NCBI RefSeq assembly: GCF_018977255.1
Contig: NW_024704742.1
Span: 132,744,001 to 132,808,000 of the forward strand
From: Callorhinchus milii
Lineage: Eukaryota
Direction: 5' to 3'
DNA: 64,000 bases
The position numbers and the translations under genes were made by a program. Positions 47,535 to 60,504 of the stretch are shown piece after piece. Within the stretch, counting starts at the first letter, position 1. Each line of letters begins with the position of its first letter. The notes below the pieces were generated by a model that had not been told where the DNA came from, ran no database searches, and saw only the letters and a program-made list of their open reading frames with translations.

Positions 47535-48660
47535 ACAGCAACACCAAATTGCATTTATATAGCACCTTTCACTTCAGAAAGATATCCCAAGATGCTGGAC
47601 AGTCAAGGGATTGCACTCAAACTGGTGGTTGGAATCAAAAGGGGTGGACGACAAGGGAGGTGATGGTGGGGGGAAGATCAAAGGCACAGTCAAAGAGGAA
47701 AGTCTTGAGATGGACCTTGAAGGAGGCCAAGGAGGGGGTGAGGTGAAGGGACTCACGGTTGGAGTTCCAGAGGGTGGGGGAGAAAGGCTGTAGGCCCGAC
47801 CACCGATGGTGGAGCTGGCTGGGCAGGGGACGTGGATCAGGTGGAAGAAGTGAGCTGGTTGGTAAGGTTTTAGCAGGTCACAGAGGTAAGGAGGAGCAAG
47901 ACTTTGGAGGGCTTTAAAAGTGAAGACGAGTATCTTAAACTCAATCCTCTGGGCGATATAGAGCCAATGAAGCCAGGCGAGGATGGGGGTGATTGGCTCA
48001 CAGAGCTTAGTGCGGGAGAGGACATGAGCCGCAGAGGTTGGAGTAATCTGAAGCTTGTAGAAAGAAGAGTGGAAGTCTGGCAAGCAGGGTTTGGGGATAG
48101 TCAAACCTGGACATGATGGAAGCATGGATGAGGGTTTCATCAGCCTGATGGGAGAGATAATGGCAGAGGTGGACAATGTTGCAGAGTTTGGGGGAAGGCA
48201 GAACAGGTTATCGCATGGATATTGGATTTAAAGGACAGTTGAGGTTCAAACAAGATATCAAAGTTCCCGACTGACTCTGTGAGGTGGAAAGTGGATCTGT
48301 GACTCGTTTCGCCCACAAATATATGGTCAATTCACTTTACAGTCTGTGTAGTGCTTTGAGATGTCGAGAAAACGTGAAAAGTGCTATACCAAATGCAAGG
48401 TTATTATTATTAGTAATGCTGTCAGCGTCTGAGGTGAGGAGGTGATGACAGGAGCCAAGCAGGAGAGCCTCAGTCTTATCGACATTGAACAAGAGAAAGT
48501 TGGCTGTCATCTAGGACTTGATGTCTGAGTTATTCTGTCAGGATAATAATATAGCAATGGCCCTGGAGTTGGGTGTCATCTGCACAAATGTGGTAGCTAA
48601 CCGCATGCCTGTGGATGATTTCACTGAGTGGGAGCATGTAAATATTAAAGAGGAGAGGAA
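47535..48660 (-). mobile_element. L2 LINE 3' portion including the RT 'ADD' motif, interrupted by a SINE 3' fragment (~48300-48412)
   Basis: Minus strand reads [11 protein letters not shown] at ~48565-48600, and LHWLYIAQRIEFKILVFTFKALQSLAPPYLCDLL; (TTG)-type tail near 47535. Confidence 0.88.
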
Positions 48661-50319
48661 CAAGGACAGAGCACTAAGAAACGCCAGATGAGATGATGCA
48701 AGGGCTAGAGGAGAAGCCACTAGTTTGAGGGCTGAAGGCCCGACCGTCAATGGTGGGGCAGACAGGTTGGGGAACATGGAGCAGGCCAGAGTCCACTAAG
48801 CGGAAGGAGCGGATAGTGCGGTATTGATATCCCGGTGAGGGAAAGAATGGGATCTCCAGCACAGATTCTCATGACAAGGAGATTGTGTAACAGATTACCA
48901 ATGTCAGATGCAGACAAAGGTAATGAAGTGGGCAATGTGTCAATGGGACGAACATCAGCAGAACACCAGGATCTGGTATGATGGGGCCTGCGAGAAAAGT
49001 GAACAGATAAGAGAGGGAGACAGAATAGGGTTTAGAGTAAAAAATGACACCAAGCTAATGTGGGGAAAAGGAACCACGAAGGAAGAAGGGAACTTACCCA
49101 GGCCACACATAATACAAGGAACAAAGAGAAAGATACACAGAAATAATACAAAGGACATAAGGTGAAGAAGTAAACAGATTGAAAAGGAAATTCAGAGTAA
49201 CGCAGCTAGGACGATTCAGTTAGAAGTTTCACCCACAAAATATATATAGGAACGTAATAACAGGAGTAGGCCATTCAGTCAATATACAGGCAATCCACTT
49301 TACAGTATATTCTTTGAGACGTCTCAATAATGTGATAAGGCACTATATCAAATGCAAGGCTTATTATTATTATAAATGGTTGAGGAAAGACTGAGCAGGA
49401 AAGGAAGAATTATAAATTCCTGCAGGATACAAGAGATACTGAAGGAGGTGGTAAACGAGTAAGGAGGATTAAGGAGTATAAATAGTTTTAAAACAAACAT
49501 TGTTTGGGGGGAGGGCACAGAAGATGCTGTGTAAATTCAGATGTTAAACAGATGATACATCATGACTGAAGACCTTCCTCTTCGACCGTGCTTACGGTCA
49601 CCTCCTGTTAAGCACTCAGAAATGCTACCCCATGTGAAGGGCGCTATATAAATATAAGTTTTTGTTGGTGTTAGTAGAGTGGAATCATCATGTATTCCAG
49701 AAGATCCAATGAAAAAAACCTGGAAGGTTCAAAGCCCCTTAGAGGATTGAGGACAAGGGGAGAGGACGCTGTGAAACCAAGTTCGGAATGGAAAGTTTTG
49801 TGTGTTTTTATTTGGGAGGTGTCACACAACAGGCCCCAAAATCGTGAGAAACCAAACACTTCTCTCTTTCTGCCCATCTGTTTACAATCTCCACTGGCTG
49901 AGCAAACAGGAGCACAAACACAGGCCATTGGGAACTTTATTGGCCCCAACATATCTGTCTGGAGAAGTGGAGAGGAGTTATCGTTTGATCTGGCGCAAGC
50001 TTTACTTCCAATTTGCTGCCAAACAGACATTGGGGGGGCATCTAACTCAATTCATTCTCACAACCACTTCGCTTTCAGCCACCACTATAACTCCACTCCT
50101 TCCACCTCCACCCCCAGCAAAGTATTATTTCAATGGTGAGAGGTTCCTGCCAATTGTAAGGGGATGGGAGGGGAAATTGCATGGGGGGGAGGGGAGGTGG
50201 AATAAACCCGTGAATATTGCCCATCTGTTTATTGGGGAGCCACTTCCCCAATACACCCGTGAATATGGTAGAGACTTTAAGACACGTTACCGAACTGGTT
50301 GTCTTGACACAGAGAGTAA

Positions 50320-50970
50320 ATAACAACGATAACTTGGGTTTATATGGACTTTCACACGGGATTGTGTCAGAGCACTTAACAATGGCAGTTTGACCCTGAG
50401 CTGGGGAGAAAGGGGAGATGAGCGTAGGCTCAAAGAGGAAGGTCTTCAGTGAGATCTGAAGATGGGCAGAGTGGGGCAAAACAGAGGGATTGAAGCAGAG
50501 AGTTCCAGAGTTCCAGGGCAAAGCAGCTGAAGGCACAGCAGCTGATGGTGAGCGGAGGTGGAGAGGGACATGTAGAAGGCCTGAACCAGCTGAGCAAAGG
50601 TGGTGGGTAGAGGAGTGGGATGTGAGTAGGTCGGAGAGGTAGGGAAGTGCTAGGGTGAATAAAATAATCCATGCATTTGATATAATACAACAACAACAAC
50701 AAGATTCCATTTATAAAGCGCCTTTCACGTCAGGAGGACGTCCCAAGGCGCTGCACAGTTGGGTCATGACCCGAGCAGGGGGGGAAATGGTCAGGGTGAT
50801 GGGAGGGAAGGGAGGGAGCGAGGAGGGGGGAAATGGTCAGGGTGAGGGGAGGGAAGGGAGGGAGCGAGGAGGGGGAAGAGAGTCGAGAGGGGAGCTGAAG
50901 GCTCGGTCAAAGAGAAAGGTTTTGAGACCGGCCTTGAAGGAGGAGAGGGAGGAAGCAAGGCGAAGGCACT
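50320..50970 (-). mobile_element. Two adjacent L2 3' fragments (~50320-50655 and ~50685-50970)
   Basis: Each begins with a (CAA)n tail on the plus strand and has GGTCAAAGAG(G/A)AAGGT…TTGAAGG L2 3' sequence. Confidence 0.8.
50779..50876 (+). repeat. 46-bp G-rich tandem duplication (2 copies) within an L2 3' UTR
   Basis: GGGGGGAAATGGTCAGGGTGA(T/G)GGGAGGGAAGGGAGGGAGCGAGGA twice; AAATGG at 50785 and 50831. Confidence 0.9.
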
Positions 50971-51349
50971 AATAATAATAATATTCATTGCATTTGATAT
51001 AGCATCTTATCAAGTCGGTGAGATATCTCAAAGCGCTTCACAGAATATATTGTAAAATGGATTGACTGTATATTTTGTGGGTGAAACGCAGCAACCAAAT
51101 GTGCACAACAGTGTCCAACAAACAGGTGTGGATTGAGTGACCAAATTATTATTATTATTTTGAAGGGAATATTACCCCCGGAAAGCGATCCAACAATCGC
51201 CTAAGACCAGGTTCCTACTTACTGCTAGGTGCGTGAAACAGGTGTGTGAAGTAAGAAAATTTGCCTAAGGTTTTGCCTACCCGGGAATCGAACATGGCTC
51301 CCCTTGCTTGCGAGGCGAGCACTCTAACCACTACGCTACGGGACTCCAC
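50970..51349 (-). mobile_element. SINE family A (long form, full length)
   Basis: CTAACCACTACGCTACGGGACTCCAC head, GGGAATCGAAC B box, full body and tail. Confidence 0.88.
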
Positions 51350-51699
51350 AAGTAGTAGCACAGGTGACGAGTAGTAAGATAAGAGCAGAAGATGAATTCC
51401 TATGACTTTTAGTTCCCAATTAGCCCCCTGCAGTTCACACCGCATGGACACTGGCATCTGAGCACTTGCTCTGTTGGGTGGCACACACTGAGACAGCAGG
51501 AGATAGCAGACCCTGACATAGACAGCCTCGATGCAGCGCTTGGTTCTAATTGCTCAGCTTGTGTACGGCCTTTCAAAATTCCACTGAGACTTCGGGATTG
51601 CACGGCTTAGAGCTGCAGACACCGGCACACTGCTGGGAAGTTAATGTCCTGGGGATGAGATGTTAAATCGAGGTCCCGTCTGTCTGCCTGCGTCAAAGG

Positions 51700-52265
51700 C
51701 AGTTCCCATCTCGACTATTCCAATGCCCTGCTTGCTGATCTCCCCAGCTCCACTATCCACAAACTACAGCTGATTCAGAACTCCACCACCCATATTCTCA
51801 CCCACACTATAATAATAATCCTTGATATAGCATTTGATATAATGCCTTATCATGCTGTTGAGGCGATTCAAAGCGCTTCACAGAATATACGACAGATTCT
51901 TCGACAGATTCTTTCACGCCATGATACCTCCCTACTTTTCTGACCTGCTTTCTCACCACTCCCCCACCCGCTGCCTGTGCTTGGCTGGCTCTGGCCTTCT
52001 GCTTGTTTCTCGTCCCCTCCACTCCAGCATTGGCCAACGTGCTTTCAGCCACTGCACCCCGAAACTTTGGAACGCTCACCCCTAATCCTTCCCCCTTGAC
52101 CCCTCCGTCACCTCTTTTAGATCACGATCGCAGACCTTCCTCTTCGACAATGCTTGCAGCCACCTCCCCACTCACCCCAACTCGGTGTCAGGCTCCGGCA
52201 GTGGTATGAGCTCCAAGGCACTGCCCTGCGTGAAGGGCGCTATATAAGTGCAAGTTGCTTTGTTG
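51700..52265 (+). mobile_element. L2 LINE 3' fragment with a SINE tail inserted at ~51810-51890
   Basis: TCTCGACTATTCCAATGCCCTGCTTG (LDYSNALL), KLQLIQN, then PPYFSDLL…IGQRAFSHCTPKLWN; L2 tail. Confidence 0.8.
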
Positions 52266-53794
52266 TCAATTGTACCCTAAAAACATTTGTGAGGGATTAT
52301 TACCCCCGGAAAAGCGATCCGACAATTGACTAACAGCTGGGTTCCTTTTACTGATGGGTAAACAGAGGCGTGTGGAGTAAGGAAACTTGCCGAGGGGTTT
52401 TGTCCTGCACGGGAATCGAACCCGGGTCCTCTCGCTTGCGAGGCGAACATGCTAACCACTACCCTTCAGGACTCTAAATGAGCCCCAGTGTTCTTGCCAT
52501 CGACTGCCCTTTTTAGAAAAGTTCTTAGATGCGGCCTGACCTGAGCACAGTATAGCTGGTCTATGACACAATGTATTGGTTCCTTAAAAAAATGTAGTTG
52601 CTGACAGGATGCCGGTTACACGTTGATTGTTATGATCCTGACACGCAGACCACGCGAGACCGAGGTGGACAATGACCGTCTGCCTGGCTTACAAACAGAG
52701 CCATGAGTGAATGCACCATCATCAAGCCTACAGAATGCAATCAAGGTCAAACCCCATTCTTTGCAGGCAGGCGTCGAACACATCTCCTTAGCAGTGGCTA
52801 ATAAACTGTACTGGTCCTGAACGAGCAGACTTTCCCGAGCTTTCAGGTTTGAACCTAATTAAAAACCTAACCTTCACTAAAGTACAGAGTGCAAAGGGAC
52901 CCCTTGGCTTACGATAGTAATCACACAAGGTCTAATCGACCTACAATGTGACAGTACAAGCGCAAAGCTCTTGATGAGAGCACCTCCACCTAACCCTTTA
53001 TCCCGTCCTTTCTATTAGGCAAGAGCTGGAAGATCGATCGATGGGGATTGAATTGCTGGCTGGACAAACATCCTCTTTTCACTTGTGCTCATTAATTGCT
53101 GTGAGCTGGTGTAATCTTGACTCTATTAATCACATTGCACTGGAATCTCGGAATGCACTGGCAGACTGACACTCACGGAGACCAGCGATGCTTTCGATCA
53201 TGGGCAACTTTGTACCCTGAAAGTTGGTGCTGGACCATACAACAACGACGACAAAACCTCCCCCTGGGTATAATTTGTGGTATTTCTTAATAAAGAATCA
53301 CTTTCAGAATTCTCATCCGGTAAGGTGTATCTACTGCTTTAAGCAAGTTTCCTTACTCCGCATGCTTCTGTTGACCTAGCAATAGGTAGGAACCCGGTTG
53401 CTAATCAATTAGCAGATACTTTCCGGCGGTAATACAGAAATTCCTGCAAAAATAATATGTGGTCACTCAATTCATGACTGTTTGTGGGTCACTGGTGTGC
53501 ACAATTAGCTGCCGTGTTTCATCCACAAAGTGAACAGTCAATCCACTTTACAATACATTCTATGAAGCTCTTTGAGACGTCTCGAATTATTATCACAGCT
53601 GAATTTCTGTGGTTCAGCATGGAGTGCCAGAGGAAGTTCCCCCATTTACTTTTTTTATATATAGAATGATACATATTCATAACGCTTCCTTTTGAAACAG
53701 GGCCTTTCATGTCAGGAGGATGTATCAAAGCACTTCACAGGAATTAAGGTAAAGCTGAGTGGCTGTGAATTTTAGTGGGCGAACGTAGCAAACA

Positions 53795-54235
53795 GTTCAA
53801 ATCATCAAATTATGCAGCACAGAAGGAGGTCATTCGCCCCATCATGCCCATACCAGCTCTTGAAAGAACTGTCCAAATTAATCCCACTCCCCGCGCTCTC
53901 CCCACAGCCTTGCAAATTTGTCCTCCTCAAATATCTATCCATGTCTCTTGAAAGTTGTTATCGAATCTGCTGCCACCACCCTTTCAAACAATGCATTCTA
54001 GATCCAAACAACTCGCTGTGTAAAAAAATTTCTCCGCATCTCCCCTCTGGTTCTTTTGACAACTATCTTAAATCTGTGTCCTCTAGTTACCGTCCCACCC
54101 AACAGTGGAAACAGTTTCTCCCTGTTCACTCTATCAAACCTCCTCATAATTTTGAACATCTCCCCTTAACCTTCTCTGCTCAAGGAAAACAATCCGAGCT
54201 TCTTTAGTCTCTCCACATAACTCAAGTCCCTCAGT
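53795..54235 (-). mobile_element. CR1 LINE 3' fragment
   Basis: Closely similar to 10830-11260 (CAGCACAGAAGGAGG…CCACCCTTTCA…CAATGCATTC…GATC…AACAACTC). Confidence 0.85.
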
Positions 54236-56429
54236 TTGAGCAAGGCAATGTGCCACATACAGCCACAAAGTGAGTGATCAATTTTATCTCGGGGGCTGCT
54301 GTCCAGGATATCAGATAAAATTCCCTTCTCTTTTTGAATAGTGCCACCGGATCTTTAACGTCCCCTTGAACTGGGGGATGGGACCTTGGTTTAATGTCTC
54401 ATCCAAAGGACGGCATCTCTGACAAGACCCCCTCATTGAGGTGTCAGCTTTGACCTTATCAGTTCCAAGTCCCAAAATGCGGCTTGAACCCACAACTTCT
54501 GAGTCAGAGGAAAGTGCCACCAACTGAGCCAGTCTGATACCATTTCAGTATGCAAAGAATAATAATACATGCTGGTATTTTGATATAGTGCCTTGCATGT
54601 CAGATTGTGTGGGTTCAAGCCCCACATCAGGACTTTGAGCTCACAGTCTAAGCTGTCACTTTAATCCAGCGCTGGGGTGGGTGGTTGTTGCATTGCTGAA
54701 GGTGCTGTCCTTTGGGCGAGACGTTAAACCAAGGTTCTCTCTGCCTTTTCAGATGGACGTTAATGATCCCATGGCACAACGTGAAAAGAGTTTCTCCCTG
54801 TGTGTGTGTGTATGTGAAACGTGACCACTTGAACGGTTGTCCATACTTGTCAGCAATTCTGTAACATCAGGTCCCAGTCACATGGTGGCTGACAGCACCA
54901 AACCATTCTTGTGAAAGCTCCCAATGTTAGGAGAGATTACATGGCCTTGGGACCTCCTCCTGACGTGAAAGGCGTTGTACAATTTGTTGTGGTGGTGGCC
55001 CCTCATTGTCCTGCAGATCCACACTACACATGTGTTACATAAGCTCTGACTGTGGCAGGCGTACGATACAATTTACATTTACACAGTGCCTTTCATGTTA
55101 GGAGGACGTCTCAAAGCACTTCACAGAGCTGGACGGGCACCCGAGCTGTGGAATGGGGCTGCCAGACACGGGGAGGGAGAGACAACCAAAACTCCAGTCA
55201 ACGCCAACTCGCCCACCTTTGAGAAATGCTTGCAAAGAGAGGAGGGAGGGAGAGAGCGAGTGAGTCACAGAGAAGATAATCAACAATTGGAATTGGATGC
55301 CAAGAAGGCTGGTTCAACCCAGAACACTGGGACTCATTTAAAAAGCAGCTTGATGACGTGATGAGAGGATGGTAGGGCGGGTGCTCAAGAAGGATGAGAT
55401 CGCATGGACCGAAAGGTCTCCTTGATCCAAACCAATCCAGGTTCATAGATCATAGAACTTTTGTAGCACAAAAAACAATCCCCGCTCCCCTGCTCACCCC
55501 CTCATTATACTATCTACTCCGATCCTCATCTCCTGCTCTTTCACTAAACCCTTTGATGGTATTTTTCTTCAAGCATTTATCCAATTACCTCTTAAATGCT
55601 GTCAGCGTCTGGGCTTCACAGTCGTTTGTTAGGAAACATTCCACGTGTTTTTGTTTGTGTGTCTGAAAAGTATCTGTCTGAAGACTCCATTCAGAGTGTA
55701 GCAGGTATCCTAACGTCACAATGCAGCACACAGACACAGACACACACAGAAGAAAAAAAGTGCGCGCAGTAATTAAGGCTTTCAGGGAAATAACTCCCAC
55801 TTTTGAATCATTACCACAAGCCGCGGAAGCCTGAACCCACAACCTTCTGCCTCGGAGGGCAGAGCACCCACTGACCAAGCCAGGCTGACACCTGGTTCCG
55901 AGGCAGCCTCAAAATACTCGCACAGGCCAATTGAAATGATTTAGAATATCGACTGTTTTATTGAGCTGCTCTTAACACAGGCATGTGCCAGTCAGCGGTT
56001 GGGGTATTATCAGAACGAACCTGCACAAGCTCGGAGGATGTTCAGGAGCAAGGAGTTAATTAGAGTACAGGACTCTCACTAGCTGGGGCCAAGCCAAATG
56101 GCTGCTTGCCAGAATTTGGTTCAATTCTCAGCCAGGAGCTAGTGCGAGGGAGAGAGCGAGCTGACATAATGAGATGTATAAGCTAACATGAAGCAACACT
56201 TGATGAAACGGCTCCAGTAATAGGCTTTGTGGGCACTTGAGTTGATAGGCTGGATTAAGTGGCAATGAGTTGACGCTGTATTGGCAGTACTAAGTGTTTT
56301 ACTGCATTACAACAGCAGTCAGGCCCTGGAGGAGCACAAGTCAAATTGTTCACTCAGTTGCGGAACAGGGTCCACAAGCCGAGCCATTCTAACAATCCAC
56401 TGTGTCAGGCTGGCTCAGTTGGTAGCTCT

Positions 56430-56466
<37 letters not shown>

Positions 56467-56679
56467 CCATGTTGGGACTTGAACTCACATGGGCTAAATT
56501 GACACTCCAATGCAATGGGGGGAACCTGCATTGACAGAGGTGCTGTCCTTCGGATTAAACCGAGGTTCTGTCTGCCTGTTCAGGTGGAGGTTGAAAATCG
56601 CAAGCGAGAGAACCTGGATTTGATTCCCTGGCAAGGTGGAACATTAGGAAATTTCCGTACTCCACATGCTTCTGTTTAC

Positions 56680-57437
56680 CTTGCAATTCAACTAATTCAA
56701 AACTCCGCCGTCCGAACACTAACCCGCACAAAATTTTGTACCCCCATCACACTAGTCCTTACCAGGCTTCAATGTCTCCCATTTACCGAACAGATCGATT
56801 TCGAGATCCTCTCACTCTCTTTCAAATGCCTTCATTCCCTTGCACCTCCCTACCTATCCAATTTGTTTGCCCCCCACTCCACCACCCACTGCCTCCATTC
56901 GACTGGCTCTGGCCTCCTGTTCATCCCCTAGCCCCCTCCGCTCCACCATCGGTGGCCGTGCTTTCAGCCACTATAATAATAATAATAATCCTTGCATTTG
57001 ATATAGTGCTTTTCACGTCTTCTAGACGTCCCAAAGCGCTTCACAGAATATACTGTAAAGTGAATTGACTATATTTGTGGGCGAACGCGGCAGTCAGTTG
57101 CGCACAGCAGTGTCTCACAAACAGTCATGGATTGAAAATGACCAATTTATTATTGTTTTTTTTTGGAGGGATTATTATTAGGCGTGTGGAGTAAGGAAAC
57201 TTGCCCAAGGTTTCGCACTATGCTCAGAAACTCTAGAACCCTCACCCTCAATCCCTCCATCTTGACCCCTCCCTCTGCACTTTCAAATCCCGCCTAAAGA
57301 CCTTCCTTTTTGATCGTGCTTACCGTCACCTCTCCCCTCCCTCTCCCCCCCTGGCTCAGTGTCAGAATCCGCCACTGTCAAATGCTCCGGGACGCCACCC
57401 CTCGTGAAATACGCTATATAATTGCAAGTTGTTGTTG
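56680..57437 (+). mobile_element. L2 LINE 3' fragment, interrupted by a SINE at 56975-57215
   Basis: QLIQNSAVRTLTRTK…PITLVL…FKCLHSLAPPYL; the sequence resumes after a CACTAT duplication; (TTG) tail. Confidence 0.88.
56975..57215 (-). mobile_element. SINE family A, 5'-truncated (no tRNA head), nested in L2
   Basis: TSD CACTAT at 56969-56974 / 57216-57221. Confidence 0.9.
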
Positions 57438-57944
57438 CAGTAAGTAGGAACCCAGTTGTTAATCGATTGGCAGATTGTTTTTCCGGGGGTAATAATCCCT
57501 TAAAAGAAATTGGTCACTCAATCCACTCCTGTTTGTGGCACACTGCTGAGCGCACGTTTCGCTCACACAATATACGTCAATTCACTTTGCAGTATATTCT
57601 GTGAAGCGCTTTGAGATGTCTCAAAGATGTGACATAGCACTTTATCACGTCGCCGAGGTCTCAAAGTGCTTCACAGAATATACTCTAAAGTGGATTGAAT
57701 ATGTATTTTGTGGGTGAAACTTAGTCAGCAAAGAGAGATAGAAAGTGGTAACATAATGCATTGACTCAAGGATGAACAACTTGTGCATATTCTACGCTTT
57801 TCACATTAGCATCAAGATAAGAAGGGTGCAACTCTGTCACCTGAAACCTGAGCTGGTGACTGCAGGGTCCAGCTCCCTCCAACACCCTCTCCTGCTGTAT
57901 GTTACTAACAGCTCAGATCCACACATGTAAACTGGTGATAATAA

Positions 57945-58250
57945 TTCTAATAATCCTTGCATCTGATATAGCGCCTTGTCACATCTTTGAGACATCTCAA
58001 AACTCTTCACAGAATATACTGTAAAATGAATTGACGGTATATTTTGTGGGCGAAACGCGTCAGCCAATTGCACACAGCAGTGTCCCACAAACAGCCGTGG
58101 ATTGAAGTGACCAATTTATTATTATTTTTGAGGGATTATTATCAGGCATGTGGAGGAACGAAACTTGCCCAAGGTTTTGCCCTCCTGGGAACTGAATCCA
58201 AATCACTCATTTGTGAGGCGAGTGCTCTAACCACTGAGCTACAGGACTCC
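57945..58250 (-). mobile_element. SINE family A (short form)
   Basis: AACCACTGAGCTACAGGACTCC head on plus; GGATTATTATCAGGCATGTGGAG deletion junction. Confidence 0.85.
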
Positions 58251-58519
58251 AGAAACGTTTATGTAAAACGTGCATTCGATATTTTTATACCAGTGTACGT
58301 CTCAAGGCATTTCACAGGATTTACTGCAAAGTGCGGGCTTCCTGACGTGAAAGGCGCTGTACAAAGGTAAATTGTTGTTGTTGTAGTGACTATATATTTT
58401 GTATAGGCAATCTACACAAGGCGATGTGCCACAAGCAGTCATGAAGTGAAGTGTCTCTAATTTTATCTGAAGGATTATTGGCCAAGACACCGAGCAGAAA
58501 TTCCCTTCTCTTTTAGAGG

Positions 58520-59702
58520 CTCTTATGATTGGCTCCCTTCAGTTCCTCCTCATCTCAGGCGCTGACAGCATCACCATCCATGGTTGCACCCTCCACCTTA
58601 TCCGGAACCTTGGCATCTTGTTTGACCCTCAACTATCCTTTCTACCACACGCCTGCACCGTGACCCGCTCTGCCTTCCCCCACCTCCACAACGTCGCCCG
58701 GCTCCGCCACTATCTCACACCGCAGGCGTCCGAAACCCTCATACATGCTTTCATTACATCGAGGCTCGACTATAATAATAATAATAATAATCCTTGCATT
58801 TGATATAGAGCTTTTCACGTCTTCTAGACGTCCCAAAGCGCTTCACAGAATATACTGTAAAGTGAATTGACTGTATATTTGTGGGCGAACGCGGCAGCCA
58901 ATTGCGCACAGCAATGTCCCACAAACAGTCGTGGATTGAAAATTACCAATTTATTATTGTTTTGTATTTTTGGAGGGATTATTATTGGGCATGTGGAGTA
59001 AGGAAACTTGCCCAAGGTTTTGCCCTGTCTGGAATTGAACTCAGGTCTCTCGCTTGCAAAGCAAGTGCTCTAACCACTGAGCTACAGGACCCCACAGACT
59101 CAGACTATGCAAACTCATTGCTTGGCGACCTCCCTAACTTCTCCCTCCACAGGCTGCAGATCATCCAGAGCTCTGCAGCCTGTGTCCTCTCCTGCACCAG
59201 ACTCCGTGACCCTATCACTCCCATCTTCACCCAACTCCACTGGCTTCCCATCACGCAGGGGATACAGCTCAAGATCCTGGTCCTCACCTTCAAAGCCCTC
59301 CACGGTCTTGCTCCCCCCTACCTCTGCAACCACCTAACCACTTACCATCCTGTTCACTCCCTCCGCTCAGCGGGCTCCAGCCTCCTTCATGTTCCCCCAC
59401 CTCGCTCACCCCACTATTGGCGGGAGGGCCTTCTGCCACTGTGCCCCCACCCTCTGGAACTCCATCCCGCAGTCCCTCCGCCTCGCCCCCCACCCCCCGC
59501 CCACCTCCCTTGCCACATTCAAGACCCATCTCAAGACCCTCCTCTTCGACCATGCTTTTGATCTCCCTTCTTCCCGTCCTGCCCTCCACCCGCCCTGATC
59601 CGACCCCCAGCTTGGGTCCAAACCTCTTTATGTCCAGCGCTTTCGGACATCCTCCCGACGTGAAAGGCGCTATACAAATGTAATTTTGTTGCTGTTGTTG
59701 TT
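58520..59702 (+). mobile_element. L2-clade LINE 3' portion, interrupted by a SINE at 58774-59095
   Basis: RNLGILFDPQLSF…ETLIHAFITSRLDY | ANSLL…LHWLPI…KILVLTFKALHGLAPPYL…RSLRS…GGRAF…APTLWNSIP…FKTHLKT; tail GAAAGGCGCTATACAAATGTAATTTTG(TTG)n. Confidence 0.93.
58774..59095 (-). mobile_element. SINE family A (young short form), nested in L2
   Basis: Full length; splits the L2 coding sequence at SRLDY|ANSLL with duplicated GACTAT. Confidence 0.92.
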
Positions 59703-60504
59703 CTTTTCAAATTGTGCCATCGAATTTTTAGCATTCATCTGAACAAGCAGAAGGACCTTGTTTTAACGTCTCTTCCGAAGCCCGGCTCATGCAGCACTGT
59801 ACTGTAGTGTCAGCCTTACACTAGTATGAAGTGGAGCTTGAACCCACAGACTTCTGACTCAGCAGCGAGATTCCTACCAACTGAGCCAGGCCGACAACAG
59901 CCGGCTCAGAGGAAATTCCAGTCCGTGTGTATTTATCAGCCTTCAAGACGCGATTAAATGAATAAATGACAAACAGATGGGATATTACAAGGTCTGGTTG
60001 CAGTGCTCAGGAAGAGATCGGTGAAAAAACTGGTTGACGTAGAAATCTTTACCAATTAGGGTTTACAAATACCAGTTTCTGACTCAGAGGCGATCATGCT
60101 ACCAGCTCAGCCAGCTCTCACTGGTATACAAATACCTCTGGTTACGTGTCGCAGTAAAGCAGTTCTTATTCTGTAGTAAAATACTGAATTGTTTCTAACT
60201 AGTTTAACCTTAAATTATTTTTATATACATCACAGGAAAAACACACCAGTGTGGAGCTGTCTTCGATAACACACACACACAAATACATACACAAAAAACA
60301 TACACAGTCAATCCACTTTACAATAAACTCTGTGAAGCGCTTTGAGACGTCTCAAGGCGCTATATCAAATGCAAGGATTATGATTATTATTATTACACAC
60401 ATACACACGTTAACACAGATACATCCATACATCCACACAGATAATAATATGCACATGAATGCACACAGACAGCTCACTCACAAACACATGCACACACGTT
60501 TATG

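Noticed and set aside
49671..50710. Overlapping 119-211 aa ORFs
   Set aside because: No recognisable protein motif; partly L2 3' sequence and low-complexity sequence; no exon-like boundaries.
58881..59561. Longest ORF in the track (226 aa)
   Set aside because: An accidental fusion of an antisense SINE reading with a decayed L2 ORF2 C-terminus that frameshifts. It is not a gene.
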